DNA of 61,247 nucleotides, filler included, from It is 11 parts of 11 records of this genome, joined end to end, with 100 filler letters (N's around TTAATTAATTAA, not from the genome) between each part and the next. Parts side by side here need not be neighbours in the genome. Positions count along the whole stretch, not along the records: positions 50,973 to 57,635 come from SRR15195285_1953; positions 57,736 to 61,247 come from SRR15195285_1954; 9 more parts are not named here. One strand, 5' to 3'. Shown piece by piece: positions 57,063 to 61,247 of this stretch (position 1 is its first letter; each line of letters starts with the position of its first letter). The notes under the pieces were generated by a model. It saw only the letters and a program-made list of their open reading frames with translations, ran no database searches and was not told where the DNA came from. The position numbers and the translations under genes were made by a program.

Positions 57063-57995
57063 GGGCTCCGACAATTGGATTTTGCCTGATAGATCAATTG
57101 ATGAGTTGCTTCAGTCGCGTACCGAGTACCGCATTGCCGGGGGAGTACGAACAGTTGCAGCCTACTAGTAGGAATTCCCAGTGAGATGCATGTACAGGAT
57201 CAATCGAAAGTGCGGGAGCGGCATCGACACTGGAGGCTCTGACGCATTGACTGACGAACACCTGTCTCAGGGAGCACTCGCCAGGGAGGCGGACTCAGAA
57301 CAATTTTGTGTGCATGGCAATCGATCGACAAAAATGGTCTGCCGGTTCCTTGCATCCTTGGCATGGCCGATTGCCAATTCAAGACATTCGATCTCTCAAT
57401 TGACAACCCGGGCACTCTCGATCAGCAAAAGACTGACTGAACTTGTGCAAAAAGAATGTGCGCCGCCGCATCGTCGAGAATCGCCGCGACGCCCCGAGAA
57501 TCCAAACGGACACTCGACAGTCGACACTGCTGTGGCCGGGCCGCCAGTTAATACCGTCTCGACAGCATCGTCGGACCGACCTACCTAGACGGGAATTCAC
57601 ATCGAACGTGTGAGCCGGATTAATATGGAGCAAGGNNNNNNNNNNNNNNNNNNNNNNNNNNNNNNNNNNNNNNNNNNNNTTAATTAATTAANNNNNNNNN
57701 NNNNNNNNNNNNNNNNNNNNNNNNNNNNNNNNNNNCTCAAGCGCCGGAGGACTCCGTGAAATCCCAGACTGTTCACCCCGAAGCACTGCACGCGCGCGCG
57801 CGCCGCCAGAGCGGCGCGCGAGGATTCAGACTCACCCCCGACCCCGACGGATGGACGCGGACGGGCGCGGCGGTTCGGAGCGCGGACACAGTGTCGCGCG
57901 GTACGCACGCGGTGGTGCGCTGCCGTGTGCAGTCGTCCAGTTGTGGTATTCATACGCGCCTTAGTACATAGTAGCGAGGGTTCGGCGAAACTACG

Positions 57996-60900
57996 ATGCG
58001 ATCTTACAGTACGCTACTAGCCGCGCTCTTCGTCGCGATCGTGCTGGGCGGGAGTGTGGGCCTGTGCCATGCTGCTCGTGGCGGTCCGGCTGCAGCGGCT
58101 CAGGCTGCGATTGACTGGGCCTCGACGCCCGTCGCTGCGAACGAGACCGTGCTTTTGCTCGGCGGTCCCTTCTCTGCCGCGTCCAAGATCTCCCTGTCGC
58201 CTCCTGGCAGTGTGGCAGGGGTGTTTTCACCCACCGCGCTGCAGCCGAGCGACAGCTCGCTGAAGTTCGTTCTCCCGCCCGGCACAGGTGATGCTGCTGG
58301 GCTGGCACAGTGGGACGTGAGCGTCGACGGTTCAGCCCCATACACGCTCAACGCCCCTCAGCCTTGGTGGGTCATGGGCGACAAGCGACGCAACGCAACG
58401 GCCGGTGGCTACATTCGGGTCTTCGGGTCCTGCCTTTGGTTTGACGGTGGTGCTGCAGAAACTGCAGCGCTAGCTGAGGCGCATGCTACACTGCGCCGCA
58501 CGCTAGACGGGCTTGGGGGCGATCCATCTACGGTCGAGGTGGCTGAGCAAGCTCTACGACGTCTTGCGAGTGCAAAAGAAGCTTCCGGCGCAGCGATGGC
58601 CGCTTCCACCTCGCGACTGCGACTGACAGCCGCCGGCGGCGGCACCAGCAGCGCCATCACCGTCACCTCAGACGCGAGCAATTCTTCGCACTGGAGCGCA
58701 TGGTTCAATCTCCCAGAGAGTATCCAGCCTGGGGAGTACTCTGTCGCCGTGGCCAACCACTTGAATCCCGAGAACTTTGTCACCTTGGGAGCTCACGGCT
58801 CCTTTGTTTCCCCTGCGGCGCCGAGTGTAACGACGATCACCGTCGTCGCGCAGCCACATCCGCTCGCGCCGAGGAAGAAAGTGTTCAACGTAAGCGCGTT
58901 TGGGGCACACGGTCTTCCAACGCCGGGCGAGTATCACTCGTGGACGAACGCGTCCGTCGCTATTGAACGTGCTATCGCTGCCGCTGCCGCCGAAGAGGGC
59001 GGTGGAATTGTGTTCTTTGAACGCGGCACGTACGTTTCTTCCGAGAAATTCGCATGCCAGTCGATCTTGCCTATTTGATGCCCTGCCGCAGACGTTAACT
59101 GAGTGAGACATGCGCACACTGTTGTAGATACTTTCTGAACTCGACTCTCTACGGCTTCGAGGTTCCGTGGGGTGTTCAGCTTCTGGGCGAAGGCAAAGAT
59201 CTCGTCGAGCTGATCTGGGACAATGTCTACGATGTCTCGTCCGATGGCTCCACTTCTTGTAAACCTTTTCAGCCATGCTCTGGTGCGTAGCTAAGCAGAT
59301 CTGCTTGATCGACCCACCTGAACCACAAACTAGCACACCCAATTTCCTCTTGACAGAAAGAGCGCTGGGTGATTGGGACAGGTGCGGAGGCTTTGTTTCG
59401 TTCGCCGACCACGGGTAGCGGGGGTTGGAAAATCAGCGACTTGACAGTGTATGTCACCGGCTACCACAACATGGTGTTCTACATCAACAATCGGACCGTC
59501 GGCTTCGAGATGACGCGAGTGCGTGCTACTGCCAATTCCTTTGTTGGATCGAACGGCCCAGGGAAGGGAAGAAGCGTTATGGAGAACGTGACGTGGGGTC
59601 TCCAAGACCCGGGACCGTAAGCAGCACGACTCAACACTCGACACGCTTCTCGCTCTCTCTCTCTATATATATATACATATATCGTTAGATATCATTAGAT
59701 GGGTGCATGGCAACATTGTACGCCCAACTGACGTCTGTGTATTGTTGTCCGGACTGGAGCAGCTTGCTGGTAATGATGGGCTCGGAATATCTTCTGGATG
59801 ACAACGATCTCTATTGCGACTCGGGTGTGATCACCTCAGTCACGAGCGGCGTCCGCTGTGACGTCGAGCACGGAAACACCACCGCTCACAACGGCCACTG
59901 CCATGGCAGCAGCTGGGGTGAGATTCGCAACAATCGGCTGTATAATGGAGGAACTTCGCACTTCATGAACCAGTGGAAGCAGGTGATCTTCGAGAACAAC
60001 AATATCACTGGGATTTCGCCCATATCTGGCGGTCAAAGCGTCGGAACAGGCCCTGGTGGTGGCTACGACCATCACATCTACCATGCAAGGAACCGGATTC
60101 AGTTTGTTTGGGGCAACGATAGGGAGATTGTTACGTATGATGATGCGGGTGCTGCCTATCTTGGGGCTGTGCACACTGTCTCTGCCGATGGGCGCATCCT
60201 CACGCTTGCTGAGGATGCTCGCTCCAGTGAGTCGAGTGAGTGGGGTGGTTGGGATGGTGCTGCCGTGACGATCCTCAATGGCACCGGTGCTGGCACCTGG
60301 CGCCGCGTCGTCCACTCAGGCATCGACGCCTCTGCCCACGCGGGGGAGTTTACGAATCCTGGCAACCGAACCTGGGTTATCGACCGGCCGTTTGCCGTCT
60401 CGCTGATAGATGGGCAGGTGATATCGATTACGCCGGCGAGGAGCAGGATAATTTTTGAAAATGATCATTTCTTGGACGGTGGCACCGTGCAGTTCTATGG
60501 TCAAGCGCAGGAATGTGTGATCGACTCACTGCTTGGTGAGCGCATCACTGGGCTAGTCGCGTGGGGACAGTGGCGAGGCTGGTATGATCCACCGTGCGGC
60601 TCGATGGGGATGCCGCCTTGCCCACCACCAGCCCCAGCCAGTGCACGTGCACCTGGCGCTAGCGCTGTTGCACGGGCCAACGTGGGCACGCGTCTAGGCG
60701 GAGAGATGGGTGAGCGCTTCTGACTTCCACAGCTCGCTTCCATGCACCATGCATCACCACTAGAAATTGGAAATGCCCTTAGACTGCTGCCCCAGTCATT
60801 TTGCTCGTCTGTGGTGATGTATGCAGGAAATGGGATCATGGCCAACGTGCAGCTCTCCTACCTCAACAACCACATTGCTGTCGGGAACAAGATAGTTCGC

Positions 60901-61236
60901 TGGCACGCCATGGGCGGTGGTAGTTTCATGCCAGGCTTCCAAAAGTTCTACAATGGGGCAACATTCAGCATTGAGTCTGTCGGAATTAGGGTAGACTCGC
61001 AAACCACACGGGATTGGACGCAGCTGGCAGCAACGATGGCGGTAATTTATCGTTCGAACACTGTCGACTCGAACGGCGGTTTCAATGTAGCCAACGGACT
61101 GCCAACGACCGCGATCCGCGATGTCGTGATCGAAGGGAATCGAATTTCCCACACCGATGCCGATAAGGCATTGCAGATCTCATCTACGCTTACGAGCACG
61201 ACCTGCGTCGTGCGGGGCAACGCGTGTTGCTCATGA
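57996..61236 (+). CDS. Secreted right-handed beta-helix (pectate-lyase-3/GH-like) protein, about 5 exons
   Basis: Signal peptide and the beta-helix cap motif VFNVSAFGA..NASVAIERAIAAA..GGGIVFFERGTY, then GVQLLGEG and IxNN/FENN repeats. Introns at 59030-59127, 59283 to about 59381 (acceptor uncertain), 59617-59762 and 60710-60826. Confidence 0.82.
59653..59681. repeat. (CT)n(AT)n microsatellite within an intron
   Basis: Read directly from the sequence. Confidence 0.85.
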
Positions 61237-61247
61237 GTGGTCCATCA

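Overview
This is not one continuous locus. It is 11 short contigs (about 3.3-7.6 kb) joined by identical artificial 100-bp spacers (N44-TTAATTAATTAA-N44), so gene neighbourhood across spacers carries no information. The DNA is from a GC-rich, gene-dense, probably unicellular eukaryote with short GT-AG introns, most of which I placed by hand and checked for reading phase. Ordinary genes: two type-B carboxylesterases, a tandem PRELI-like protein, a TTLL tubulin ligase, a CLC chloride transporter, an EamA-like protein, an ELMO-domain protein, a VWA protein, a sulfatase, a shikimate dehydrogenase-like enzyme, an OSBP-type PH protein and a secreted beta-helix protein. Five unusual items stand out. 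(1) A large multi-pass receptor whose cytoplasmic tail starts with an ADP-ribosyltransferase-like motif; it is truncated by the contig end. (2) A protein joining PH, EF-hand-like and LamG-like domains to a PHTF-like membrane domain of the 7TM ion-channel (insect chemoreceptor) superfamily. (3) An intact-looking, very divergent hAT-like DDE transposase of about 1323 aa, split by an odd low-complexity intron. (4) A eukaryotic SecA-like ATPase fused to VWA. (5) A kelch membrane protein with the layout of a membrane-tethered transcription factor. All family assignments come from motif recognition by eye; no searches were run.
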